Source: a virus (lineage: Duplodnaviria; Caudoviricetes). Taken from it: a stretch of DNA of 33,403 nucleotides. Below are positions 9,069 to 19,539 of this stretch, in pieces. The DNA is taken from IMG/VR virus record IMGVR_UViG_3300048901_000105, positions 1 to 33,403 of that record, one strand, 5' to 3'. Made by a program: the position numbers and the translations under genes. The notes beneath the pieces were generated by a model that saw only the letters and a program-made list of their open reading frames with translations, made no database searches and was not told the DNA's origin. Each line of letters begins with the position of its first letter. Within the stretch, counting starts at the first letter, position 1.

Positions 9069-9229
9069 TGAACTACACGCCGCGGCAGATCGACGCCTTC
9101 CTCACCATCGCGCAGCACCGCAGGCGTCGCGAGCTTGCCGAGCAATTACACATCGCTACGCTCGGGGCGCAGGGCGAGCAGAAAGCCATTAAGGAAACGC
9201 TGAAAGAGCTAAGCGACGATGCCCGATAA
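8942..9229 (+). CDS. Tail assembly chaperone -1 frameshift extension (gpT-like)
   Basis: Open -1 frame after the slippery site encoding AEQLIACGHSPGDVMNYTPRQIDAFL, ending over the tape measure start. Confidence 0.65.
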   Translation, partial: PFRRKARAPARRRRAPLWQGSGYEYAAAAEQLIACGHSPGDVMNYTPRQIDAFLTIAQHRRRRELAEQLHIATLGAQGEQKAIKETLKELSDDAR

Positions 9230-10985
9230 CCTGACCATCAGCTTTGGCGTCGACAGCAGCAAGGGTCGCGCCGATATCGAACTACTGAAGGCGCAACTTC
9301 GCGCTGCGCAAAAGGAGGCCCGCGACTTCGCAAAGGCCGGTGCGGAGGCCGGCGACAAGTTCCCATCGGCGCAACTGACCGCTGCCACTGCGCGGGTCGG
9401 GGCGCTCGATGCGCAACTGAAATCACTAAACAACACGACGCAAAAAACCAGCAGCGCAATGGACGTGCTGGCAACCAAAAGCATGCGCCGGCTGCTGACG
9501 CAGTTCGACAGTTTCGGCAAGTCTGCCCAGAACATTGCGATGGTCATGGGCGGCGTCACCGGCAGTTTCGCCGGCGGCTTCCTCGCCGCGAGCGTCTTCA
9601 AGTCCATAAGCACGCTCATCGAGCAACTCGATGCCGTGGCTGAGCGCATCAAGAAAATCGGCGAGGAGGCGGCAAAGACCGGGCAAAAGCCGATTGCCGT
9701 ACAGGCCGGCCAAGAATTATCGCAACGCCTGGGGTTGCCGGGAGACGCAGCCAGCCGGTTTATGACCGGGGTCGCCGAGGCAGCCGCTAAGGTTCAAACT
9801 GCGGCTCCGGTTGCCGCTTCTGGCGTCAAGGTGTTGGGCGACACCATGAGCGATGCCGCCCATGCTGCCGGCACCCTGGGCTCAACGATGTCGAAATTTG
9901 GCGTCAGGGAATTGCGAGGCAGTAGCCCCGTGACGCTCGATCTAGCTGACGCATACAAAACGCTCGGCGTCAGCATGAAGAACGTCACGGGCGCGGGAGA
10001 CACCTTACTGAAGAAGCAAAAAGAAGTAGCCGTAGCATTCCTTGCGCAGCAGAAAAGTTTCAGCCCGCTTCAGTTAAACGAACTTGCGAAAGCGCTCAAA
10101 TTTGAATCCTCGGCCGAAGCACTGAAGTTGCTACCAGCGCTCATCGCTAACATCGATGAGCAGATTAAGAAACTGAACGAGTCGGCGCGCGGCGTTACTC
10201 CTGAGAGGTTCGCGAAGCAGCAAGAGTTAAACGCAGCCAAGGACAGGGTTAATACATGGTTCGATGAACTTCGGGCTGCCGGCGAGGATTGGAGAACGCA
10301 GACAGCGATCACCTGGAACAATGCAGTTGCGGATTTCCTGGAAAAGACGCTGCCGGCTTGGGGCGAGGGCTTCCGCAATTTCTGGCCGCAACTGCTGAAA
10401 GATTTGCAATCCAGCTGGGACACGTTCAACGCCAACCTTAAAGCCAACTTCGGACAAACCGCTCAGGAAATGTTCAAGGGGATGATGGACTGGTTTGGCT
10501 CGGCGATCGATTGGATGATCCAGAAGGCGAGCCAACTTGGCGGCGCAGTTAGCGCAGGAATCCGAAGCGTAACGGGCGGCGCTCCTGCCGGTGATCCGAG
10601 CATCCCGGCGATGCCCGGCAACGCCGCGGGCGGCATGATCCGAGGGCCGGGCAGCGGCACCAGCGACTCGATCCTGGCGCGGCTCTCGAATGGCGAGTTC
10701 GTCATGCGGGCGCGTGCCGTCGAGCATTGGGGGCCGCGCTTTATGGCGGCACTCAACGCCATGCAAAACCCGTTCGGCTACCGCTCGGGCGGGCTAGTGC
10801 CACGCTTCGCTGCGGGCGGCATGGTGTCCGCTCGGACGGCTGATGGCGTCACCGTTAACCTGACCTTTGCCGGCGGCGGCACCTTCGCATTGCGCGGCGA
10901 CCGCGAGATCGTCGGCGGCCTCACCCGCGAGGCACGCCGCGCCGGCATGCTCTCGGCCGGCCGGCTGGCGGCGGCGATCAACTGA
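9219..10985 (+). CDS. Tape measure protein
   Basis: 588 aa Ala-rich helical protein after chaperones; spaced W/F repeats; C-terminal AAGGMIRGPGSGTSDSILARLSNGEFV motif. Confidence 0.88.
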   Translation: MPDNLTISFGVDSSKGRADIELLKAQLRAAQKEARDFAKAGAEAGDKFPSAQLTAATARVGALDAQLKSLNNTTQKTSSAMDVLATKSMRRLLTQFDSFGKSAQNIAMVMGGVTGSFAGGFLAASVFKSISTLIEQLDAVAERIKKIGEEAAKTGQKPIAVQAGQELSQRLGLPGDAASRFMTGVAEAAAKVQTAAPVAASGVKVLGDTMSDAAHAAGTLGSTMSKFGVRELRGSSPVTLDLADAYKTLGVSMKNVTGAGDTLLKKQKEVAVAFLAQQKSFSPLQLNELAKALKFESSAEALKLLPALIANIDEQIKKLNESARGVTPERFAKQQELNAAKDRVNTWFDELRAAGEDWRTQTAITWNNAVADFLEKTLPAWGEGFRNFWPQLLKDLQSSWDTFNANLKANFGQTAQEMFKGMMDWFGSAIDWMIQKASQLGGAVSAGIRSVTGGAPAGDPSIPAMPGNAAGGMIRGPGSGTSDSILARLSNGEFVMRARAVEHWGPRFMAALNAMQNPFGYRSGGLVPRFAAGGMVSARTADGVTVNLTFAGGGTFALRGDREIVGGLTREARRAGMLSAGRLAAAIN

Positions 10986-11416
10986 TGGCAAGCGGCACGC
11001 TGCTGGAAATATCCGGCCCCGGCATCGCCGACTATTCCGCACGCGGCGCCACGCAGACACTCGACCCGATCGATGCGTCGGCTGTTATGGCGCGGACGGT
11101 CAACGGCGCATTGATCGATCTGTCGCCGCCGCAGATGCGCAAGTACAAGAGCACCATCTCCTGCAACGACACCGAGACACCCGCGCTCGACGGCGTGTGG
11201 CCGGGCATGCTGCTGACGGTCGATTGCATCGCCGAGCTTGGCTATCTGACGGCCGGCGGCGCACCGGGCCGGTCTGTCGTCACCGGCTCATCGCGCGTCT
11301 CGGGCGCCTGGACCTACTACCGCCCGCAGCTATCGATGCGCGTCGTGAACTATGCCGTCAGCCGCGACGAATACGGTGCGATGACCGATTGGAGCCTCAA
11401 TCTTGAGGAGGTTTGA
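10985..11416 (+). CDS. Distal tail (Dit-like) protein
   Basis: Directly after tape measure; ARTVNGALIDLS...KYKSTISC...WSLNLEEV. Confidence 0.65.
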   Translation: MASGTLLEISGPGIADYSARGATQTLDPIDASAVMARTVNGALIDLSPPQMRKYKSTISCNDTETPALDGVWPGMLLTVDCIAELGYLTAGGAPGRSVVTGSSRVSGAWTYYRPQLSMRVVNYAVSRDEYGAMTDWSLNLEEV

Positions 11417-11425
11417 TGCCGGTTT

Positions 11426-11725
11426 TTATTTGCACGGGCGCGGCTGCTTCTCTGCCTCGCCACCGCGATAAATCGTGATGGCACCGCAGGGATATAGCGA
11501 CCGCTCCTTTTCCTCCTCCTCGCGAGCTTGCCGCACTGCATCTTCAACGCCGCCGAGAAACCTCTCCGCTCCGTTGCAGAACTCGCGCTGTTCCGACGTC
11601 AGTTGAGCGACGGGCTTATTGCAGGGTTCCGGCATCCAGGCGGGCCGGGCGTGTGAGGGCGTTGCCGTGACGATGGACGCGCAAGCGGCAAAGCCGAGGA
11701 ATAGATATCGGACGTTCATGCTCAC
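11426..11725 (-). CDS. Small exported protein, inverted moron-like gene
   Basis: Fills the gap between two + strand tail genes; signal-peptide-like N-terminus ending SHA; four further Cys. Confidence 0.6.
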   Translation of the reverse strand: MSMNVRYLFLGFAACASIVTATPSHARPAWMPEPCNKPVAQLTSEQREFCNGAERFLGGVEDAVRQAREEEEKERSLYPCGAITIYRGGEAEKQPRPCK

Positions 11726-11770
11726 TCAATTCGCCAACGCGGCAATCGTCGCAGAAATATTTCGGGGCTG

Positions 11771-13669
11771 ATGCCCGGGCCGCATTACTTCGCCTGGGCC
11801 GACGAAGGCGAAACCTTCGATGCCACGATCCACAATCGCGAAGACGAGGCCGTGCTGTCCCTGTCGATCAGCCAGAGCGAAGGCGACTTCGCCAGTGCCC
11901 AAGTCAACGTGCTGAACCCCGGCGAGGGGCTGCTCGCTCCCGGCCGGCAGCAATGGGCCTGGATCAGTTGGGACAACGGCTCGGCCATCGTGCCGCTGTT
12001 TCACGGGCGCCTCGTCGCGGTGCCCGAAAGCATCGACGGTGAAGCGGTGCATCTGCTGTTCGCCGCGAGACCGCTCGACTTCGATGCGGCAAAAGCCTCG
12101 CTCGCGCAAACGCTGCGGGTGCTGCCGTACTACGACCCGGTGTGGATCTCGGGCGATCTCTCCGACGACGATGCGGTGCTGACCGGCTATGGCGCCCGCT
12201 GGCACATCGACCGCGTAACGCTGGCGCTGTCCTACTCCGACGAGCTTGAGGGCGAGGACGGGACGCTGACCTTCGGCGAGGCCGACCACCTCTACGACGA
12301 CCTGTCGCTGTCCTATTCCGAGCCGCCGCTCAACCGCGTCGAGATCGAGGGCACGCTGGCGTGGACGCAGGGCGGCATCGGCGAAATCGACATGACCTGG
12401 CGCATTCAATCGATCTTCGACCAGCACAAAAGCATCTATGCCCGCGGGCTCCACGGCGTCGTCGGCCGCCCGCAGTCGGGTGTCATCTCGTCGCTGACCG
12501 GCGACGGGTTGATGAGTGATTGGCCGAAGCCGCTGGCAGAGGTCAGCGGTGGCTGGAGCGTCGGCGCAAACACCTACATCGAGGAAGCGCCCAAGAGCTT
12601 CCGGCGGTACGATTATCATGTCGAGTACCGGCAGTTAGTACCACCGGAAGCACCCGCGGATACCGGCGACCCGCTGCTCGATGCCAACAATGCGTTTATG
12701 CAGCGCTACGGCACCGCCTATCATTACTTCGACGCATACACCGACTATCAGGTGAACTTCCCGATCGCGGCGCTGAAGCAGCGGACCTATTTCGACTGGA
12801 AGGCCGAACGGCCGCGCACCGAGATCGTGCGCTGCACGATGTTCGCCGACATCCAGCCGCTGCTCGCCGAGCCCGAGCTTGAGGAGAACGCGGCAAAGGT
12901 CTCGGTGAGCGCGCAGGACACCGTGACCGAGCCCGACAGCGGCGGCGCCATGCCGATCGGCGATGTGCGCCGCTCCAGCTACCTCAACACCGACCGCGGC
13001 GTGCAGAGCATGCAATACCTCTTGCTGCTCGGGCGCACCGAGCTGCGGCGCCGGGCGCGAGCCGTGGAAGTATCCTGCCGGGTGCCGTGGACCGCGGCCA
13101 ACATTACGGCGAGCCTGCGGAAGAACGCGCACGTCGTGGACTACCGGCTACCGGGCGGCGAAGCCATCGGAAAGATCACCTCCTATGGATTCAACGCATC
13201 GGGCGACGGCGATTTCAGCGTCAGCCTCTCGATCGGCTGCGCCATCGGGCGCGGCGGCACCGTATCGGCCGCGGCAGGCACGCTGACCTATGTCGATGCG
13301 GGTTACGTTGACGCCGGCTACCAGCAGGCGAGCGGCGCCGAGCTTACCCTGCCGACCGGCGACTTCGCGTGGCAGACGCTGGATGATTTCCCGATTAGCG
13401 ACGACGGCACGAACCTTTTGGCGATGGACGAGTACACCGCGGTTGATTCGATCACCCTCTCGGGCGGCATGGACGACCAAACCACGGTGGTTGCCAGCGT
13501 CAGCGATCCCATCGATGCGCTGCGGCAGTATCCGAGCCGGGTGTGTGTGAGCTTGCGCCCGGTGGCCGGAATGAATTTCGAGACCGTGTTCACGCCCGCG
13601 ATGGACCCGCTGCCGATCCCGCGGCTGATCGACCTTGAGGCGGCGGCGCCCGGCCGGATGGCCGCCTGA
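11771..13669 (+). CDS. Tail tip/baseplate hub protein
   Basis: 632 aa acidic beta-rich protein following Dit; assigned by position and composition. Confidence 0.7.
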   Translation: MPGPHYFAWADEGETFDATIHNREDEAVLSLSISQSEGDFASAQVNVLNPGEGLLAPGRQQWAWISWDNGSAIVPLFHGRLVAVPESIDGEAVHLLFAARPLDFDAAKASLAQTLRVLPYYDPVWISGDLSDDDAVLTGYGARWHIDRVTLALSYSDELEGEDGTLTFGEADHLYDDLSLSYSEPPLNRVEIEGTLAWTQGGIGEIDMTWRIQSIFDQHKSIYARGLHGVVGRPQSGVISSLTGDGLMSDWPKPLAEVSGGWSVGANTYIEEAPKSFRRYDYHVEYRQLVPPEAPADTGDPLLDANNAFMQRYGTAYHYFDAYTDYQVNFPIAALKQRTYFDWKAERPRTEIVRCTMFADIQPLLAEPELEENAAKVSVSAQDTVTEPDSGGAMPIGDVRRSSYLNTDRGVQSMQYLLLLGRTELRRRARAVEVSCRVPWTAANITASLRKNAHVVDYRLPGGEAIGKITSYGFNASGDGDFSVSLSIGCAIGRGGTVSAAAGTLTYVDAGYVDAGYQQASGAELTLPTGDFAWQTLDDFPISDDGTNLLAMDEYTAVDSITLSGGMDDQTTVVASVSDPIDALRQYPSRVCVSLRPVAGMNFETVFTPAMDPLPIPRLIDLEAAAPGRMAA

Positions 13670-14142
13670 TGCCCGGCGCACCGGGGCTGCCGACATGGAT
13701 GTCCTACAAGCGGCAGCTTCAGTTGCTGCCGCCGCTCTCGACGGCACGCGACTCCTTCGGCGGCAAACGCATCCCGCGGCTGCCGCCGGTCGAGGGCGGT
13801 GAGACACCGCCGGGGCGCATCTGCTGGGGCACGGTCGGCGATCTGCCGACGCCCGAGCCGCTGCCGACCGTGAATTTCACTGTGGGCGGCGAGCAGTGGC
13901 GGGAGTGGGGGCGGCAGAGCGAGCCGGTGCGGATCGAGAACCCAGACGACCCGTCGCAATACATCATGGATAACCGGCCGAAGACTATCGACTTCGACAA
14001 GAAGACGGGCGCGACGTCGGCGCCGAATACGGCGGCAGCACCTTTGCCGGGGATGAGCAATTACGTGAACACCGACAGCTTCGTCGATAGTCTGGGAGAG
14101 ACGCGCACCAAGGTTCGCATGCACTACGTCACGCAGTCGTAA
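13669..14142 (+). CDS. Tail-associated protein
   Basis: Translationally coupled (TGATG) in tail operon; VRIENPDDPSQY motif. Confidence 0.65.
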   Translation: MPGAPGLPTWMSYKRQLQLLPPLSTARDSFGGKRIPRLPPVEGGETPPGRICWGTVGDLPTPEPLPTVNFTVGGEQWREWGRQSEPVRIENPDDPSQYIMDNRPKTIDFDKKTGATSAPNTAAAPLPGMSNYVNTDSFVDSLGETRTKVRMHYVTQS

Positions 14143-15128
14143 TGTCCGACATCTCCATCGAAGGCTCGGCGGCAAAGCCCTATCGCGAGAACCCGCCGAC
14201 GCATTTCGCTGAAGTGCATTGGGGCGGCGGCAAGGCTGTGCGCTGGAATTTCGCGCAATACCTCTATGCCGGCCCGCTGACCGCGGTGCCGAATAGTCCG
14301 GCGGGTGTGCTCTCGATGTGGGTCAAGTTCTACCCGGAGGCGCTGCTTGAAAGCGGCCAGACCACCATCTTCGGCAGCGGCTGGCATGAGCTATTGCTTG
14401 CCGTTACCGGCGGGGTTGCCACTGCGATCTCGCCCGGCATCAACAAGGTGAGCAGTTTGCAATTTGAGTTTGACGATGCCGCCACATTCGACACCGAGAA
14501 TAGATATGCATTCATGCTCGACGGCGAGATTGCGCTGAGCACGACCGGCCGCTGGTATCACGTCTATGCCGAGTGGGACACGGGTGCCGGCTCGTTCGTG
14601 CTGAAGGTCAACGGGCGCTCGGCCGCCTCGCTGATCGCCACGGGCGAACCGTTCGGTGCCGGCGGCTTTCCGTTCGACGTCGCCTGGGCCGCCACGCTCG
14701 ACAACGCCGGCAGCCCGAACGTGAATCAATTCTTTCAGAACTTCGGCTCGGCCGAGCCGCCCGTGCGGCACTCGCTGGCCGAGTTCTGGCTCGATGTGAA
14801 GCGGCCAGCGGGTGATCCCGACGCACCAACGGGCGGGTTCCCCGGCGTGGACAAGTTCGTGGACACGGCAACCGGCAACCCAAAGAGCCTCGGGACCAAC
14901 GGTGAGATCCCGACCGGCAGGACGCCGGCATTTTATTTCCGCCGCAGCGGCGCGCCCGAAACCTTCGTCATCAATCGCGGTTATGGCGGCGCCTTTACCT
15001 TCGCCCGGCTCGATGCGGACTTCATCTCCGCGGACATCCCGAACCCGGCGCTCGACCCGCCGCTGCATGAGCCGGAAGAGCCGAGTTTTACGCCCATCCC
15101 GGCGCCACCACTGGCCGCGGCGGCATAG
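14142..15128 (+). CDS. Tail protein with LamG/concanavalin-like domain
   Basis: LSMWVK and GRWYHVYAEWD...LKVNG pattern typical of LamG-like beta sandwiches. Confidence 0.6.
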   Translation: MSDISIEGSAAKPYRENPPTHFAEVHWGGGKAVRWNFAQYLYAGPLTAVPNSPAGVLSMWVKFYPEALLESGQTTIFGSGWHELLLAVTGGVATAISPGINKVSSLQFEFDDAATFDTENRYAFMLDGEIALSTTGRWYHVYAEWDTGAGSFVLKVNGRSAASLIATGEPFGAGGFPFDVAWAATLDNAGSPNVNQFFQNFGSAEPPVRHSLAEFWLDVKRPAGDPDAPTGGFPGVDKFVDTATGNPKSLGTNGEIPTGRTPAFYFRRSGAPETFVINRGYGGAFTFARLDADFISADIPNPALDPPLHEPEEPSFTPIPAPPLAAAA

Positions 15129-15134
15129 CAGCAC

Positions 15135-17555
15135 ATGGCGATCATCTATCGTACTGACGGCGCCTGGGGCACCGGGCAGGGGAGCAACCTCGCGCCCGAT
15201 CAGGTCGACGGCAATTTCTACGACATCGACACTCGCGTCACCTCGATCGAGGATAACCCGGTCGAGCCGGTCGTCCCGATCGCGATCAACATCGAAGGCT
15301 CGGCCTTCACGATGGGGTTGTCGAACGGCGACACCATCGGGCCGATCACCCTAACAATGCCGATGCCGACCTGGCGCGGCGATTGGAACCCGAGCGTCGC
15401 CTATAACGAGCTCGACTTCTTCATCGCGCCGGATGGCGGTCTCGGCGCGGTGATGATCCCGCACACCAGCGCGGCTACGTTCGATTGGGGCGCGCTCGAT
15501 ACCGGCAGCACCGGGTTGCCGATATATCGCCAGTTAATCGGCGCTTCGGGCACGACCAGCGGCATCGCCGATCTCACCGATGTCGCGCTCGGCACGCAGG
15601 CCGACAACGACATGCTCGTCTGGGATGGCCCGGCGGCGTTGTGGCGCAATGAAACGCCCGCGGCAGTCGTGGTCAACCTGCCGGCTTTCGGCGGCTCCAC
15701 GGGCTCCGCAGCGGGCGCCAAGGGCATCGTCCCGGCGCCGGCAGCGGGCGACAACACGGCTGGCAAGTTCCTTTCTGCCGGCGGCGGCTGGGCGGTGCCG
15801 GCAACCGGCAGCGGCGGCAGCACATCGCTTGCCGGCCTCAGCGATGTCTCGATCTCCTCGCCGGTCGACCTGAGCCTGTTGCAGTACCACGCGACGGACG
15901 GCAAGTGGCACAACGCCACGCTGGCCGCGCTGGGCTCGGGCACCGTGACGAGCGTGGATTCCGGCGCCGGCCTGGCGGGCGGGCCGATCACCGCAACGGG
16001 TATTCTCAGCCTGGCACCCATCGGCACAAACACTTTGCTCGCCAACACAACCGGCGGGACTGCGGTGCCGGCCGGAGTCTCGCTGTCGGTGCTGCTCGAC
16101 GCTGCCATCGGCTCGGCGCGTGGCTCGATCCTGCGCCGTGGGGCGAGCACCTGGGCCGTGCTGACGCCGGGCTCGGCGGGAACGTACCTGAAGAGCGGCG
16201 GCACGAGCGCAGACTTGTCATGGGATGCGCCGGCCGGCTCGGGCACCGTCACGAGCATCACCACGACCGGCGGCGTTACCGGCGGCCCGATCACCGGCAG
16301 CGGCACGATCTCGCTCGACCCGATTGCAACGAGCCGCGTGCTGGCGAACATCAGCGGCGCAACAGCGGTGCCGACCCCGGTGAGCGTGGCCTTGCTGCTC
16401 GATAATGCGCTCGGGACGACGCAGGGATCGATCCTCTACCGGAGCGCCACGGCATGGGTGGCATTGCCGCCGGGGACCGCGGGGCAAGTGCTGGCGACGG
16501 GAGGCGCGGGGGCAAACCCATCCTGGGCGGCAGGCGGCGGTGCCGGCATCAGCGTCGGCGATACACCACCAGCCAGCCCGAGCCCCGGCGCGGCTTGGTG
16601 GGACAGCGTCGGTGGGCAATTATACATTAGATATCAAGATCCAACCGGGCCGGCGCAGTGGGTTCCTGCCAGCAATCAGCCGGGGCCACAGGGGCCGGCT
16701 GGCAGCGCCAACATGAGCGGCATGACCGCCGGGCAGATCCCGATTGCGGCGACGGCGACGACCGTCACCAGCAGCATCCCGCTGCCGCTGACCGTGGCGC
16801 AGGGCGGCACCGGGGCGACGACCGCCGCAGCGGCGCTGACCAATCTCGGCGCGTTGCCGCTGGCGGGCGGCACGATGACCGGCACGATGACCCTGCAAAC
16901 ACCAACTGCCTTGGTGCTGCGGAAGCCCAGTGCGGGCGATAGCAATAACATTTACGGCAATGGTAATGGCGGCCAACCGCGATGGGTGTTGTCACTCGGC
17001 GACAGTGGGGCCGAGAGCGGTAGCAACTCGGGAAGCAATTTCAGTGTCGCGCGGTTCAACGATGCCGGCACATTTATCGATTACCCGTTTACGATTAGCC
17101 GCGCGACCGGCGACGCGACGTTTAGCAGCAATCTCACGATTGGCGGCGCGACCGCGACCAAGCCGGGTGGCGGCCCGTGGGTAGCACCGAGCGACCGCTC
17201 GCTAAAGTCAGCCGCCGTGCCGTGGCATACCGGGCTCGACGAGGTCCTCCAGCTAGAGGTGATTGCCTACAAGTACAACAACGCGGCCTGGAACCTGGAA
17301 GACACGGATTACGTCGGCGTCGATGCCGAAGACGCGGCGGCGATAATTCCCGAAATGGGGCGGATCGTCTCGGTTCCGGCCGACGATGTTGTTATCGTGG
17401 ACCCCCATGCACCGCCCGGCGTCGTCCCGCCGGGGCATCAGACGGTGGAGGTCGCGGGGATCGAAAGCGGCCCCCTCATATTTGCACTTGTGAATGCGGT
17501 CAAAGAACTCGCGGCACGCCTCGACAAGCTGGAGAAGCCGGGGGCCGTGCAATGA
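15135..17555 (+). CDS. Tail fibre with C-terminal intramolecular chaperone (peptidase S74-like)
   Basis: Gly/Thr/Ala-rich repeats; PSDRSLK...GLDEVLQL...YKYN...GVDAED...PEM...LVNAVKELAARLDKLE. Confidence 0.85.
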   Translation: MAIIYRTDGAWGTGQGSNLAPDQVDGNFYDIDTRVTSIEDNPVEPVVPIAINIEGSAFTMGLSNGDTIGPITLTMPMPTWRGDWNPSVAYNELDFFIAPDGGLGAVMIPHTSAATFDWGALDTGSTGLPIYRQLIGASGTTSGIADLTDVALGTQADNDMLVWDGPAALWRNETPAAVVVNLPAFGGSTGSAAGAKGIVPAPAAGDNTAGKFLSAGGGWAVPATGSGGSTSLAGLSDVSISSPVDLSLLQYHATDGKWHNATLAALGSGTVTSVDSGAGLAGGPITATGILSLAPIGTNTLLANTTGGTAVPAGVSLSVLLDAAIGSARGSILRRGASTWAVLTPGSAGTYLKSGGTSADLSWDAPAGSGTVTSITTTGGVTGGPITGSGTISLDPIATSRVLANISGATAVPTPVSVALLLDNALGTTQGSILYRSATAWVALPPGTAGQVLATGGAGANPSWAAGGGAGISVGDTPPASPSPGAAWWDSVGGQLYIRYQDPTGPAQWVPASNQPGPQGPAGSANMSGMTAGQIPIAATATTVTSSIPLPLTVAQGGTGATTAAAALTNLGALPLAGGTMTGTMTLQTPTALVLRKPSAGDSNNIYGNGNGGQPRWVLSLGDSGAESGSNSGSNFSVARFNDAGTFIDYPFTISRATGDATFSSNLTIGGATATKPGGGPWVAPSDRSLKSAAVPWHTGLDEVLQLEVIAYKYNNAAWNLEDTDYVGVDAEDAAAIIPEMGRIVSVPADDVVIVDPHAPPGVVPPGHQTVEVAGIESGPLIFALVNAVKELAARLDKLEKPGAVQ

Positions 17556-18034
17556 TAAATTTCCCCGACAGTCCGAGTAACGGGACCGTCCACACCTCCG
17601 GGGGGATGAGTTGGACATATGATGGCACGAAGTGGGTCGCGGGCGGCGCACAGGCGAAGTACATCATCGGGTGCTATGTACCGGGGTTGTTGACCGCATC
17701 GCAATACCTGCTGATACACACATTCAGCAAGGGCATCACCATCCCCGCTAACTTCGGGGCGTATCTCGGGCACGCGAGCCAGGGGCGCGGTGGCGCGGCA
17801 GCGACCGGCAGCGTGGCGATCGATGTACGCAAGGCGACGGCAGCGGCGCCGGGTACATTCTCCTCGGTCGGTACGATCTCAGTAGCGGCGGCAGCGCTGC
17901 TTGCGACATTCGCTACGACCGGCGGCACGGCGATCACCTTCGCGGCCGGCGACACCATCGCCGTTGTCGCTTCCGCGACGCCTGACGCGACATTTAACAA
18001 CTTCAATGCCACTCTCGTCGGGTTTGAGACATGA
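17552..18034 (+). CDS. Tail fibre-associated protein
   Basis: ATG 17552 overlapping fibre stop; INFPDSPSNG...WTYDGTKW module and beta-rich C-terminus. Confidence 0.7.
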   Translation: MINFPDSPSNGTVHTSGGMSWTYDGTKWVAGGAQAKYIIGCYVPGLLTASQYLLIHTFSKGITIPANFGAYLGHASQGRGGAAATGSVAIDVRKATAAAPGTFSSVGTISVAAAALLATFATTGGTAITFAAGDTIAVVASATPDATFNNFNATLVGFET

Positions 18035-19539
18035 CCGCGTTGGTGTTTTGCGACGGGTTCGACAAGTATGGCCCCGCGGGGAACCAGAATTTGGCGAGTT
18101 CTTTTATCGGCGACTTCGCAATAAGCGCCGGAACGCCTGTTTTAGTTGCCGGATTGAGCGCAACCGGATACGCCATAAGCATACCCTTCGGTGCCTCAAT
18201 CAATACCTCATTGCCACTATCCCTAAGTAGGATCGCGGGCAGCGTAAGATTTCAAGTCACCGCCGTCGGCGCATCTCCCGGAGGGTTGCGGTTTTACAAC
18301 TCCGGGACCGCGGCGTTTTCGATTACTTTTGCCGTAGGCGGGGCAATCGAGCTTAGAACCGGGAATATCGGGACGGTTATAGCGTCTGGCGGCAGTTCTG
18401 CGACGGTTGGGACGACGCATGTGTTATCGTTCGACATCACTGTAGGTGCCGCTGCTTCGTATGCAATTTATCTCGATGGGGTGTCGTTGCTTTCCGGCAC
18501 GGGCAACACCGGCAACGGTCAAACTTCCGTAAATGTAATTTCCAATCTTGGCGGAACCAACACATCGTTCATATTAGACGACTTCGCGATATTCAACCCA
18601 GCCGACGCCGCCTACAACCTATCCGTGCTGACCAACAATGTCGTGGTCGAAACCACTTTCCCGACCGGCGACGCGCAGAAGCAACTTACTTACGACGGCA
18701 ATGTAGTGTGGCCGGCGGGCATCGCGGCCGGCGGTGTGTACTCCACGACGGCAACGACGAACGCGCCCGGCGCCAATCAGCTTTTCCTCGTGAGGATCAC
18801 GCCGGGTGCGGCTTGCACGCTGAACAGCGTCTCGGCAATCCCTCGTGCCACCAGCGGCACGGCAAAGTTTCGCGCCGTGGCGTATGCCGACAGCAGCGGC
18901 TCGCCGGGATCGCTGTTGTCGAGCGGCACCGAGGTCATCGCCACAACCAGCGGCACGACGCTGACGGGCGCGCTGACGACGCCGCAATCGCTGGCGGCCG
19001 GCACCTCGTACTGGATCGGGTACATCACCGACACCAGCGTCGTGCTGGCGCAGGTTGACAACTCAACGGCGCTCGGCCGGAAGATCGCCGCTACTTATAC
19101 GTCGGGCGCGCCGGGCTCGGCGGGCGCCATGACAACCGGGCAGGCGACGTGGCAAATCTGGGGCAACTGCACCGGGGCCGCGGTCAACTGGCCGGCGATT
19201 GCCCCAACCCCATCGCTAGGTACGGCAGCGAGCCAGGTGCACAGCGCCACCGTGGCGCAGGAGGATCTGTATACCTTCCCCGCGCTGGCGACGACGCCGA
19301 GCATGATCTACGGGGTTGCGGTCAAGGGGTTCCTAACGAAGAGCGATAGCGGCGCCCGCACCGTGTCGCTGAACATGAAATCCGGCGCCACCGACAGCAC
19401 GGGCTCGTCGGCATCGCAGGCGATGAGCACGACGCCCCAGTGGCAGCGCAGCATGTTCGATACCGACCCGGCGACGGGCGTGGCGTGGACGCAGAGCGGA
19501 CTGAACGCGGCGTCGAGCGGAGTTAGCGTCGCGTCGTGA
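18031..19539 (+). CDS. Tail/receptor-binding structural protein
   Basis: 502 aa, starts LVFCDGFDKY, LamG-like first half, ends DTDPATGVAWTQSGLNA. Confidence 0.7.
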   Translation: MTALVFCDGFDKYGPAGNQNLASSFIGDFAISAGTPVLVAGLSATGYAISIPFGASINTSLPLSLSRIAGSVRFQVTAVGASPGGLRFYNSGTAAFSITFAVGGAIELRTGNIGTVIASGGSSATVGTTHVLSFDITVGAAASYAIYLDGVSLLSGTGNTGNGQTSVNVISNLGGTNTSFILDDFAIFNPADAAYNLSVLTNNVVVETTFPTGDAQKQLTYDGNVVWPAGIAAGGVYSTTATTNAPGANQLFLVRITPGAACTLNSVSAIPRATSGTAKFRAVAYADSSGSPGSLLSSGTEVIATTSGTTLTGALTTPQSLAAGTSYWIGYITDTSVVLAQVDNSTALGRKIAATYTSGAPGSAGAMTTGQATWQIWGNCTGAAVNWPAIAPTPSLGTAASQVHSATVAQEDLYTFPALATTPSMIYGVAVKGFLTKSDSGARTVSLNMKSGATDSTGSSASQAMSTTPQWQRSMFDTDPATGVAWTQSGLNAASSGVSVAS

